Assembly: GCA_023645945.1 (NCBI GenBank)
Contig: JALAIB010000032.1
Span: forward strand, 1-43,827
Length of the DNA stretch: 43,827 nt
Source of the DNA: Diploschistes diacapsis
Lineage: Eukaryota
Direction: 5' to 3'
The notes under the pieces were generated by a model. It searched no databases and was not told the DNA's origin. It saw only the letters and a program-made list of their open reading frames with translations. Within the stretch, counting starts at the first letter, position 1; every line of letters begins with the position of its first letter. Made by a program: the position numbers and the translations under genes. Below, one piece after another: positions 10,905 to 20,684 of this stretch.

Positions 10905-12011
10905 ATGCTGCGTCTACCGCCTACGAAGATAGAGCTCAACGCTAGAGATCTCGAATGGCACACTGGAAGTCTAGAAAGACGAAAAGCGTTGAACCTGCCC
11001 GCGAGCAAAAGCTCCCAGAGAAAGAGCCTCTTCGCTTTTGAATTTCCAGGCGACCAAGATGGGACCAGACCCCACAGCGCGCCAACCTTGGGAAGTAGAA
11101 GCCCGTTGGCTATCGGCGAGGGTGGCGAGCAGGTTGAAGAGCTATTCGAGGAGGGCTCTGGGGCATCGAGCGGTCCATTCACAACGCCATTGCCGCCTAT
11201 TGAGTCACATTCGCGTTTGCTAGCCGAGCAAACCGCGTTACTAAAAGATCTGGAGAGATGCCGTATCGATCCAGAGGGAGGGCGGAACAACACAGAAACC
11301 GCCCAAGCGGCCCACATGCCAGCACTACCAGGACCAGCATCGCCTAACCCAAGCAACTACGTCTCACCTCCCAGTGAACCTCGGCTTCCAGGGCCGTTCT
11401 CTGCTACTCCACGTAACGTATCCTGGAACTATAGCCTTCCCAATTCACCTCCAGTACAACGCTACAGCGGTTCGTCTACTCGCTTCAGAAGCTCTTACGG
11501 GCTTGGGTCATCACCTGCCCGTTCGCGCAATGAGATTGCACAGCCAGGGGACTCTTCGCCAGGTCCAAGCATGCCACAGTCCAGTTCCTCGCCGCCAACA
11601 GCGCAAGCACCTCGCATACCAGCGCAGAGTGATTTCCGTATTTACGACGATGCATTACCGGCCGAGTCGCAACCCCAAACACCTCTGGGACTGCCTCGCC
11701 GCGGTCTCGCTCCCATGCATCGAGCCGAAATGTATACGGCTCCTCGGCCATTCCCCACGACGGGCAGAGAAACCGGGGAGTCAATCCATGCCACTCCAAC
11801 CAGAACTAGATCAGGGAGGTCGCAGGCAAGATCGTCCAGGGACGCAGCGCCTGTGGATGGCACGGTGGATCAAGAGAATGCAGGCCGTTACGCCGAATGG
11901 GAACGGATGAGACGAATCATCAGAGACCAGAGACTCGGCTACGGAACGGGCAATACCGAAGAGCTGGACAGGACCCCGCCCAGAGAACCACGGAGACGAC
12001 CGTGGGAGTGA
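10905..12011 (+). CDS. Hypothetical Pro/Ser-rich protein with an N-terminal Cdc26-like (APC/C small subunit) motif, about 368 aa
   Basis: Uninterrupted ORF. 'MLRLPPTKIELNARDL' resembles the Cdc26 N-terminus (MLRRxPTxxxLxxxD). The rest is low-complexity, with 'FRIYDD' and 'DQEN' motifs. Confidence 0.65.
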   Translation: MLRLPPTKIELNARDLEWHTGSLERRKALNLPASKSSQRKSLFAFEFPGDQDGTRPHSAPTLGSRSPLAIGEGGEQVEELFEEGSGASSGPFTTPLPPIESHSRLLAEQTALLKDLERCRIDPEGGRNNTETAQAAHMPALPGPASPNPSNYVSPPSEPRLPGPFSATPRNVSWNYSLPNSPPVQRYSGSSTRFRSSYGLGSSPARSRNEIAQPGDSSPGPSMPQSSSSPPTAQAPRIPAQSDFRIYDDALPAESQPQTPLGLPRRGLAPMHRAEMYTAPRPFPTTGRETGESIHATPTRTRSGRSQARSSRDAAPVDGTVDQENAGRYAEWERMRRIIRDQRLGYGTGNTEELDRTPPREPRRRPWE

Positions 12012-13025
12012 TTCAATCACGAAGGGCTTGGTCCCTCTCCCTTACCAAGCGATGCCAAGAACAAAAAACAATCCACGATGGGGAACTTCAGGAGCAGCGA
12101 GACAGAGGGTCATTCGTTGCAAAAGTCCCAACTGTCGTTCGCTGAGGGGAACGTACGTTTTCCCCAATCAATACTACTGCCCGACGTCCTCGGTGCGGAC
12201 AAGGGTGGATTATCCCATATTGATCCCAACGCCTAGCCCGTCCAATCTTGCGCCAGCGCTACCCCTTCAAGTATTCTTTTTTGTCACCGGTAAATCCCAA
12301 CATACTACATGCATGGTTCCTTACTTCGGGGCGTCTTCCGCAGAACTAGGCTTGTTTCCCCAATTTTTTTTTGCATTCCAAGCATTTCTCCCCCGCTCCT
12401 CGGTCCGTATCTCCCTGCCCACTCAATCCACGGCATAAAGATACTCCACGTTAGCAGTCGTCGCAAAGGTCCCCCGTCACGCTGCAGGGCAAAAGCGCGT
12501 GGTCTGGGGGCGGGGGAGCGGAGCATACCTGCTTATTTCCAGCAACGTGCGGGGACGACTCCGACACGGTCATCCGAGAGAAGAAAGGTATCAAGGCGAG
12601 GGGGAGGGGGGATTGCATAGACTGATAGTGTGCTGGGGAACCCTGGCGAGGTCAAATGGTACAGCGCCTTCGGGAGGTGCAGGAGAAGGGAATTCCGGTT
12701 TGTTTTTTTTTAAAATACAAATGGATGAAAGTGACCAGCATTGATAACATATGAGGTTAGACGTCGTGCGCTTTGGTTGATCTCGCCTTGTCCTTGCTGG
12801 GGCTATGGTGTGTGGAGCGATAGGCATGCTTTTATCGACCCTCGACCAGGGTGTGTCGGCTAGAGGCCGTAGATGCGTATACTAGCTGTTGTCCTAGCTA
12901 CAACTTTGCACGCCGCCTCATGTCTCATCTGCAGCACCCGGCCGCTATAGAAAGGAAGACATAATCATCGCAACCCAACATGCATCCATTTCATTTCTAT
13001 TATTTTCTCGATAAGCTACCTACTT

Positions 13026-13085
13026 ACCTCCAAGAGCCAACCCTTTACCATCACCTCCAAGAGCCAACTCTTTACCATCACCTCC
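13026..13085 (+). repeat. 27-bp tandem duplication (2.2 copies)
   Basis: acctccaagagccaaccctttaccatc / acctccaagagccaactctttaccatc / acctcc, one mismatch. Confidence 0.9.
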
Positions 13086-13098
13086 CATCTCCCATCCC

Positions 13099-13146
13099 CC
13101 ATCCATCCATCCATCCATCCATCCATCCATCCATCCATCCATCCAT
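13099..13146 (+). repeat. (CCAT)12 microsatellite in the bli-3 3' region
   Basis: Twelve perfect CCAT units counted. Confidence 0.95.
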
Positions 13147-13181
13147 CCACCCCACATCCAGCAATCTACTCCACTCCACCC

Positions 13182-13947
13182 TCACGCCAACCCCCCTTTC
13201 CTGACCTCCTCCGCCTCCTCCTTCGAAATATCCCTGATCCTCAAAAATCCGGGCGTCTCCCCCGTCACCGTCCCTTTGGCCACGTCCAACGCCCTGCCCA
13301 CCAGCGTCTTGCCCGTGACCCCGTACGTGATGTGCTCACTCTTGACCCTGATGACACCGATGCGCGGGTCGTCGGGCCCGCCGTCGTGCTTGCCGTCGCC
13401 CAGGTCCCCGAGCCAGGCCTTGAGCGCGGGTGAGTAGTGTTTGTGCACGAGCGAGCGGTCCGTGTCGACGGTGGCGACGCCGGACACCGAGGCCCACTGG
13501 CCCGAGGAGTCGAGGAAAGAGATGTTGATGTGCGGATCTGAGGCCAGGGAGTCGGTTTTGCCGGATTCGGTGTTCGTGTGGAAGAGGAGGTCAAGGCCGT
13601 GGGATTCCTGACAGGAGGAGGGAGTAAATTAGTAGGAGTCCGGAGGGAGGTGGGGATGGAGAGGAGGATGAGCGCAGGGCAGGTGGGCCTTGGAGGAAAG
13701 AGGGGTGGGGAAATGAGGGCTGGTGAACGATGGAGGTGAGGCGAGGACGTACAGTAGCGGCCAAGGCCATGGCCCTCGACGTCAGCTGTCCTGTCTCACC
13801 GACGCGTGTGGTCATCATGCCGAACTTGCAGCTGCTGGCGAAGTTGGTGAACTCAGACACCTTTTCTTTCAGGGGGATGTCGTCTTTGGATTTGGCCGTG
13901 TACGGATCGGCGGGTGCATCGCCCGTGGAGGTATTGCTGAAAGACAT
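13182..13947 (-). CDS. bli-3: Bli-3 (blue-light-inducible) / general stress protein 26-like, pyridoxamine-oxidase-like fold; exons 13947-13753 and 13607-13182; possible upstream extension to 14182
   Basis: '[16 protein letters not shown]', 'CKFGMMTTR', 'SRAMALAA', spliced '[18 protein letters not shown]', '[31 protein letters not shown]'. Confidence 0.88.
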
Positions 13948-14259
13948 GGCGCAGGCCGGTTTGATTGCGAAGCTTGTGGATTTGAGAGTAGGTCTAGTAG
14001 TCTGAGACGACAGTGTTAGTCCCTCTTGTTGAAGAAAATGGAGGTTCGGAGGCTTGTACGGTGGATGGAAGTGTGTAAGATCGAGTGGCGAAGCAGCAAA
14101 AGGTGGGGCTGGTCACGGTAGATACTTTCAAAGTCCTCGTAGAGGGTGCAACGCGGCGAAGAAGGGCTTTTGATGGAGGCATGACTTACCACTGTTAAGC
14201 TGCGTCAAAGTTTTGGTCCTTCACAGAATTAGCTTTTTGATGACAGGCGAGTTGATGTT

Positions 14260-14300
14260 GATCTTGATCGACCAGATCGTTGACGTTTGATCAATGACGT
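14260..14300. promoter_or_regulatory. Cluster of four GATC and two TGACGT (CRE/ATF-like) motifs upstream of bli-3
   Basis: GATC at 14260, 14266 (GATCGA), 14275 and 14289; TGACGT at 14281 and 14295. Function is inferred only. Confidence 0.4.
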
Positions 14301-14399
14301 AGCGAGGGCATTGTTCGCTCGGCGTTCGCTCCGCACCACCACAGTAGGCTTGTCCTATTCTGCCTACTGTAAAATTGTGTAATATATTTGGTGGCGCCC

Positions 14400-14441
14400 T
14401 AGTGATGCATTCTGCCTAATTAGTGATGCATTCTGCCTAGT
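14400..14441 (+). repeat. 21-bp subterminal tandem repeat inside the transposon
   Basis: tagtgatgcattctgcctaat / tagtgatgcattctgcctagt; each copy contains ATTCTGCCTA, which is also in the TIR. Confidence 0.85.
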
Positions 14442-14629
14442 TCGCTATGGCTTTACCAGGTATTTAGATCCCTAAATAATTTGTATATAAATGCATGTCA
14501 TTTACGGAAATACGAAAAACTATATAAAGTTTAATTATTATTATGGCCATAGAAACTATATCGCAATAAAAAATAAATACTAAAACACTAAAAAATACTT
14601 AAAATACCTTAAAAATAATTTAAAAGCAT

Positions 14630-15135
14630 ATTCTTAAACCTTCTATAATCTCCCTTATATCGTGTTCTTCTTCCGCCCATTATATTCCTCTCCGCTTTTT
14701 CTTTATTTCCGCGTCCGGTCGTAGTAGTGGGTAATCATGAAGCTTACCCGCAGCGTAAAACCAAAACGCGTTAAAATCCGCCACGGTTATCCGAAGGATG
14801 TCCGCGACGATAAAAAAACGCGCCTTCCACCCCGAGAGGTCCGCAGGGAAGCTGTAAAGCCTCTCCGCAGCAGGCAGCGGCGGTAAGAATATCTGGGCCC
14901 GCGTAGGCTCGGCGAGAGCGGCGAGGGCAGGCGAGCTAGGGGGCGGTGAAACAACAGGCGTCGAGGCGGGCGACGAGGCAACATTACGATCCAAAACGGC
15001 GGAGAGGGCGTCGTAAAATATAAGATCTTTAAGACCCAGTTTATCGTTGTCGGCGATTATATCGAACGTGGCCGCGGCGGCAGGGAAGGCGGCAGGACGC
15101 GTAGGGCGAGCAGACAACGAGGCCTCTATAACATC
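14630..15135 (-). pseudogene. Degenerate coding fragment inside the transposon (possible N-terminal part of a transposase or DNA-binding protein)
   Basis: GC-rich open stretch 15117-14680, preceded on the minus strand by ctaat-polyT-tag (3' splice-site-like). It reads on past a TAA as 'KKKRRGI*WAEEEHD'. No ATG start. Confidence 0.5.
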
Positions 15136-15894
15136 TAAAAAAAAATTAGAATGGTAAGATTAAAAATAAGAAAAAAAGCATATAATTCATGGTTAAATAA
15201 ATAAATGTGGCTGGAAAAAAAACTAATTCCATAGATACTTATGGCTGCATACAAATTAATATGACTGAGAAAGTATCTTAAGAACCATAGTACTTATTAT
15301 ATAATTTATGTGTACAGTAGGCAGAATAAGACTTGCCCCACAGTATTGCTTGGACGTATCGAGGGCAACCGATCAGTAATACTTAAAGAGATTCTTGGAG
15401 GCCTAGCGTGAGTAAGTGACCCTAACATAAACTATTCCAGTGAGACAAGACTGAGTTCCGTCCGTACGAAAGTACGCGGAAGGTTTCTGGATCAGCTCGA
15501 ATCCAGGCTACATCAATTGTGGTAACACACGATTCCTAGTAATCAAAAACAACCAACTGTAAACGAACATACTTGGGAGCCACCAGGCCTGGGTTGGTAG
15601 TGCTGACGATCCTATTGTCTACACTGGGATCCGGTTGCGGCATTGTTACGGCTAATGCTAATGCAGAATGTGAATAGTTGGGGAAAAAAACCGTCGGTAC
15701 ATGGTCGGTTTCTCCTGGGATTGATTGGGGTTGGTGATGGAGCCCTTCGGTTTTTTGACTTTTGATTTTGATTTTGATCAATTGGCTTGCAGACTTTGCT
15801 GATAGCATTCCTTCTAGTATCTATATACATCCTCTTTTTTTTTCACATGGAGAGCGGCACAGAGAGCGGTCAGGGCTGTGAAAAGAAAGACACC

Positions 15895-18669
15895 TTAGGA
15901 GGACGAGGAATTGCTGCTATTGCTGCCTCCGGCTTGAGGCTTGGTCATAGCAAGAAGAGCAAAGTGGCCACCAGCAACCTGAACAAAGGTGATTAGCACA
16001 GCTTCCTGAAGCGTTATAGTACTTTTGGAAAGGTAATAGGAATTACAGTAGTAAAACGGAGTTACTTACTGGCCTGGCCTGAAAATCAACCATATCTGGA
16101 CTGACAGGCTGCCCCCCATCGCTAATCGTCTCGTACAGGTCCGTGAAGGGCACGCCCGAGCTCGTCCCGTTCAGCCAGTACGCTAGCCCATTTACGAACA
16201 GTCTTCTCGTCGCGGGTTCACATGTTGCCGCTGTCCACATCTCCCAGTCCGACTTGGTATAATGGTGCCTGTTGTCCAACGGTACACCAAACACTTGGCT
16301 GACGGTCCGGTACCAGTTGCTCTGCATCGCGTAGAGCGCATCTGGGATGATACCTAGGTTAAGCAACTTGTCCGGGTACGTGTTGTATAGTAGTCCCCAA
16401 GAGGAGCGCCACTCGTAAGCGAGCACCGTATGTTGGCCAGAGGGGTCGATGGCGAACGTCTCCCACTGCGAGAAATAGCTGGAGGCGGTGGTGCTGTAAT
16501 TTGCTGCGCCTGCAGAGTCCCCGACCGCGGCGGCGATTTTGGACATGGCTTGTAAGCCGACGATGCCCTTTATGGCGAGATTGGTCTGGTTGACGAGCGT
16601 GCCGGCGAAGTCGTCGGTCGAGAGCTGATTGCCCGGGATGAGGGAGAACTCGATGAGGTATGAGGCCCATTGCTTGAGCTTGTTGTAGTGCTGTGTGAGC
16701 CAGGCGGCGTTGCCAGAGTACGCGTAGTAGGCGTAGGTCATGATGACCATATTCCCCGATTCTTCAACGGGCATGTATTCGTCGTTCCCTTCGACGTGTC
16801 CGGTGGCGTTGGGGAAGTTGGTGCCTAGATCGTGCATGGAGTAAGTGTTGGGGTAGAAGCCCCCTTCCTGATTCTGGTAGAGTGGCTCGAGGTTGTACCG
16901 CAGAAGCTCGACATTGGAATAAAGGAAGAAGGGCATGGCCGGGTACATGACGTCCACGGTGTTGACATTGCCATCGGAGGAAATTTCCTTCTGGAACATG
17001 AGGGGCTCAGACGTGTTGGAGCCGTTGATGGATGGTGGAGTGGCCAGAACGTAAGCGCCCATTACTTGCCGCGCTGAGAGTGCTATGATGGAGTAGTAGG
17101 ATCCGGCTTCGGAGACGTCGGGAATGGCGATGCCGGAGAAATTGGTGGCGGAGAGGAAGCCGTACCCATTATCAGGGGAAAATTCGTATCGGTTACCAAA
17201 CTGGTCGGCACCGTCCGTGTATCCTGAAGGGCCGTCGGAATAGGGGTAGGGAGTCGAAGGCGTGCTGTTGCTGTAGACGCTGGTGGAGTAGTAAGAGTTG
17301 ACGTCTGCTTTCAACTGGGTTTCGTAGGCTGCGGCGAGTTGCTGGTTCTGAGAGAAATCGTTGTAGTGAAAGTTGATTAGTTGATGGATATCTCCGTAGC
17401 ACTGCATCCACCATGGGTTCAAAGGGATGACACCTTGGTTTGTCAGGTACCTAATGATGGGCTGCTGTACCGAGCCAATGGTGTACATGACAGATGCCTG
17501 CGATACGGAGCCAAAGTCATGAGCGTAGGCAAAAACAGGGTCACTGCTGCCATAGCCACGATAGCTACCATCAACGATATTGGTCAAGCTGTGCTGCATG
17601 ACGTAATTGTACCTCAGGTTCGTCGAGTATCCACTTTGAAAAGTGAAATTCTGGCTCTGGCTAGGTGAGGTAGAGTAGGTGAAGTTTCCCCACAGGGGCA
17701 TATCGTTCTCCTCCGCATACAGATACGGCGTTTGAAGGTCGATTAGCCTGCAAACTGTCAGATGACTCCCAAAGTGATGTTGATATCAAATGTTACCAGC
17801 TGTAGATGTTGGAGCCACTGGTCGCTGTATTGCTTCCATTTATGGGGCTTGATCCCTGATACAGGTTCCATTGAAGGGTCGCGTTGCTCTCGGACGCAGC
17901 CCAGGCGCCATTGACATCGCTGTAGAACTGGACACTGTGCGGGGAGCCGTCAAGCGAGCGAGCCGAAGTGGTCAAGTAGCTTAAAGGGATACTCGTCCTG
18001 CAAAGATCCGTCGGCAGCACAGAGGAAAGGAAGCTAGCCGTTATTTCCACCGGGCCGGCGCCGAAGGTGAAGTTGGAATACTGCGAGTCGTATGAGACAG
18101 ACCGGGGCACCGCAGACTGTAGGTTCGACGACGTAGGTAGATTTTGCGATCCGGTCCCGAGATATTCGTATGATACGCCGTCAACCGTAACTATCTTAGC
18201 ATTGAGTTAGCACTTGGGATGCCTTGGCTTCGAAGCCTCAATGATGGCCTGCCTGCAAAGAGTGTAGAAAGACGGGGACAACAGCATCATTTGACGGATC
18301 TGCCGTAGGATTGAATGTCTGGAATAGGGGGGCTAAGACTAAGTTCTCTTAACTTACCCCTTCCCATTCCGCACCGGTGCCGTCCCTTTGGCGGTCAGCT
18401 ACCTCCCAAGTCCGTTATTTGCATGACGTACCAGAAGGAAGCTCCATTTGTGTTCAGCGTCCCATTACCAGACGTACTAGTCCAAATGCTCGTGTATGGG
18501 GATCTGTTACAGAAGCTTAGAAACCATAGTAGGCTTAACACGCAGCGCAAGCTCACCTCACGGCCAAAGGAACGGCTGGCGGCCGTGCTGGCGAATAGCT
18601 TGGTGAACTCTGCCCGAAGGCTTGCCCAGTGGTCAAAAGTACAACAATACAGGAAACTGGGACGAGCAT
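15895..18669 (-). CDS. gtaA: Secreted glutaminase A (GtaA family); exons 18669-18557, 18503-18432, 18385-18358, 18194-17797, 17747-16070, 15978-15895
   Basis: Signal peptide MLVPVSCIVVLLTTGQAFG; motifs 'PARPPAVPLAVRSPY', 'KEISSDGNVNTVDV', 'HDLGTNFPNATGH', 'MPVEESGNM', 'QLSTDDFAG', 'NQTNLAIKGI', 'YTKSDWE', 'ARPVAGGHFALLA'. Confidence 0.92.
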
Positions 18670-19159
18670 CTTGAAGTCGGCGGCAACGGTAGGATGGCAT
18701 GGAAAAGAGCGAGCACAGCCATCTTTTTCAATGGTCGCCCAGCAAAAGGCAAAAGCAGTGGATTAGAGGTAGAAAGTTTGACAAGAGCAGAGCTGCAGCA
18801 AAAGACGTCATTGGGAGGCTTTACTAGACCTGTATACGGGAACGGAGCTGCAGTAGTAGCTCTGCGGGGGCGGGAGGAGAAGAAAGCTGCGGGGGTCAGT
18901 ACATCTTCCAGTTCAATTGTTTGTCATAAGCACTCGCCATCTGTTCAGATGTGCGGCTGACGCTCCTGAATCTCACCGAGTTGTCGACTGCAGGATCTTG
19001 GAAACTAGAGCTTGGACGGCGAAGCAAGGAGTACGTGTATGCAAGCACACGGGTGAAGTAGTTGCAACGCTAGGGAGCTAGAGCCAACAAAGAGGGATGT
19101 GGAAGTGGGATGTGAAGCAAAGGTAACGTGGGGCAAAGCGGGGGGAATACAGCAGCCGG

Positions 19160-19218
19160 AGGGGGAGGGAGAGGGAGAGGGAGAGGAAGAGAGAGAAAGA
19201 GAAAGAGAGAGGGGAGAA
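19160..19218 (+). repeat. GA-rich polypurine tract between the flbE 3' end and the gtaA promoter
   Basis: agggggagggagagggagagggagaggaagagagagaaagagaaagagagaggggagaa. Confidence 0.8.
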
Positions 19219-19590
19219 GTACAAGAGCAGGAGCAGGTGGGCACAGGAGCATTTAGAGACCCAGCACGTTTTCTTGGCGAGGTGTACCTTATACCTTATG
19301 AAGCTATAGACAGGGCCAATAAAATAATAAAATAAAAAACACACTTTTCGCTGCCCTTCAAGCTGAAGCGCTTCGGAAAAACTATTTTCCCCGTAAAGTC
19401 AAAAAGACACAAACATCGACGGGCACCCCAGGGGGCTAGCCAGGCCGGGGCGGCCGTTGGTATCATTATCATTCAACCAGCCTCACCGACTCCTCACTCC
19501 AGAATTGTCTTTCCAATGACCTTCAAACTATGCCATGGTTGGTTGAGTGGTGGTGTGGTGCGGTACCATAATCTACCCATACCCTGCTCA

Positions 19591-20132
19591 TTATTTACTG
19601 AGCAATCTCTTGAGCTTCCCACCCTGTCGTCGCTGCTGCTGCGCAGCATCAGCAAGCAAACCACGTCAATCTCTCTGTATCGTAGAGCAATACATACCGC
19701 ATCTCCTTTTCCCTCCCCTTCCCTCGACTCATCACCGTTGTAAACAATCCACCATCCGAGCTTCTGTCCGGGAGCCAGTTGCTCTCGAAGATCCCACAAG
19801 GCATCCCAGCCTTTCTGCCCCACTCCCTTCTCCATAGTATCTGTAACATCCAAGCTGAGATGGCACAACTCGACCTTGTCGGCCACGAAAGCATGAGGCT
19901 GGCTCAGGGCGCTGTCGCTGACATCGTGGGGATCGTACTGTTCGACGAACCTGAGCTTCGGCAAAGTGTTCATGATGTCCGGGTAGAGCTCGTGAAAGCT
20001 CTCCAGGAGCGCAGCCGAAGCCTTGGGCGAGACGATGTACTCTGGAGCAGCGTCGTCGATGTTGTTCAAAATGACATGCCGCCTGATGGCTGAGCGCGGC
20101 CACCGGAAGCCGTGAACGAGATAAACAGGCAT
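19591..20132 (-). CDS. flbE: Developmental regulator FlbE-like protein; exon 1 20132-19698, short exon 2 ending at 19591
   Basis: 'MPVYLVHGFRWPR', 'PKLRFVEQYDP', 'LSQPHAFVADKV' and 'KLGWWIVYNGDE' match the conserved blocks of Aspergillus FlbE as I recall them. Intron gtatgt...gctgat...cag. Confidence 0.8.
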
Positions 20133-20684
20133 GAGGAACAGGCTATGAACTGTGAGACTTTGGCTGGTCTAGCAGGAAGAGAGCAGAAGAAGCCGTAATC
20201 ATTGAAAGTAAGTCATCGGAAGAGCTATGGAAATACAGCGGAGCTGATATAAATAGTCTTCAACTCGACATCGATGAGGAAATTTCGCTCAGAAGACAGA
20301 TAACTCAAGACGCCCTATCCTTGCCTCACACATTTCTGATAGCTGCAAACAACCAGGAGCATCCCAACATTTGGAAGAACGAAATGACTTCCGAAGCAAA
20401 ACCAGCTGTTCGGAATAACATGTCCTGCCTTGTACACAGAGCTAGGCGAAATTGGTTACGTCGAGTCGCATCAAAGTGCTTGGTAACCCTGCACAACGGC
20501 AACTTATGTATGCTTGACAGCCACAGGCTGCAGCCAAACTTCGCTCAATAACGCAAACACGCTATTGCAGGGTTCAGGCAGCGAAGAGGCACCCATCCGA
20601 TAGACATTGGTCATATTACAGCGCCTCGTATCCCCATGCCAGGAGAAGAAAGCAGCAGGATCGCTTCTTTTTCTCTTGTCAATT

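Larger units (their letters stand above)
14347..15337. mobile_element. Non-autonomous DNA transposon (991 bp), probably Mutator-like, with RIP-like degeneration
   Basis: Left TIR GGCTTGTCCTATTCTGCCTACTGTA (14347-14371) matches the reverse complement of the right end, GGCAAGTCTTATTCTGCCTACTGTA (15313-15337), at 22/25. Perfect 8-bp direct repeat CCACAGTA at 14339-14346 and 15338-15345. Interior is AT/TpA-rich. Confidence 0.85.

Noticed and set aside
12980..13204. His/Pro-repeat ORF (HPSI)n
   Set aside because: Artefact of the 27-bp duplication and the CCAT microsatellite.
14002..14189. TPP riboswitch in the alternatively spliced bli-3 5' intron (NMT1-like architecture)
   Set aside because: The conserved aptamer elements (UGAGA, CUGAU...UAAU...GCG) are absent and the gene is not thiamine-related.
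13026..14441. Short direct repeats as a possible CRISPR array
   Set aside because: Only two adjacent copies each, no spacers, no cas genes, and a eukaryotic context.
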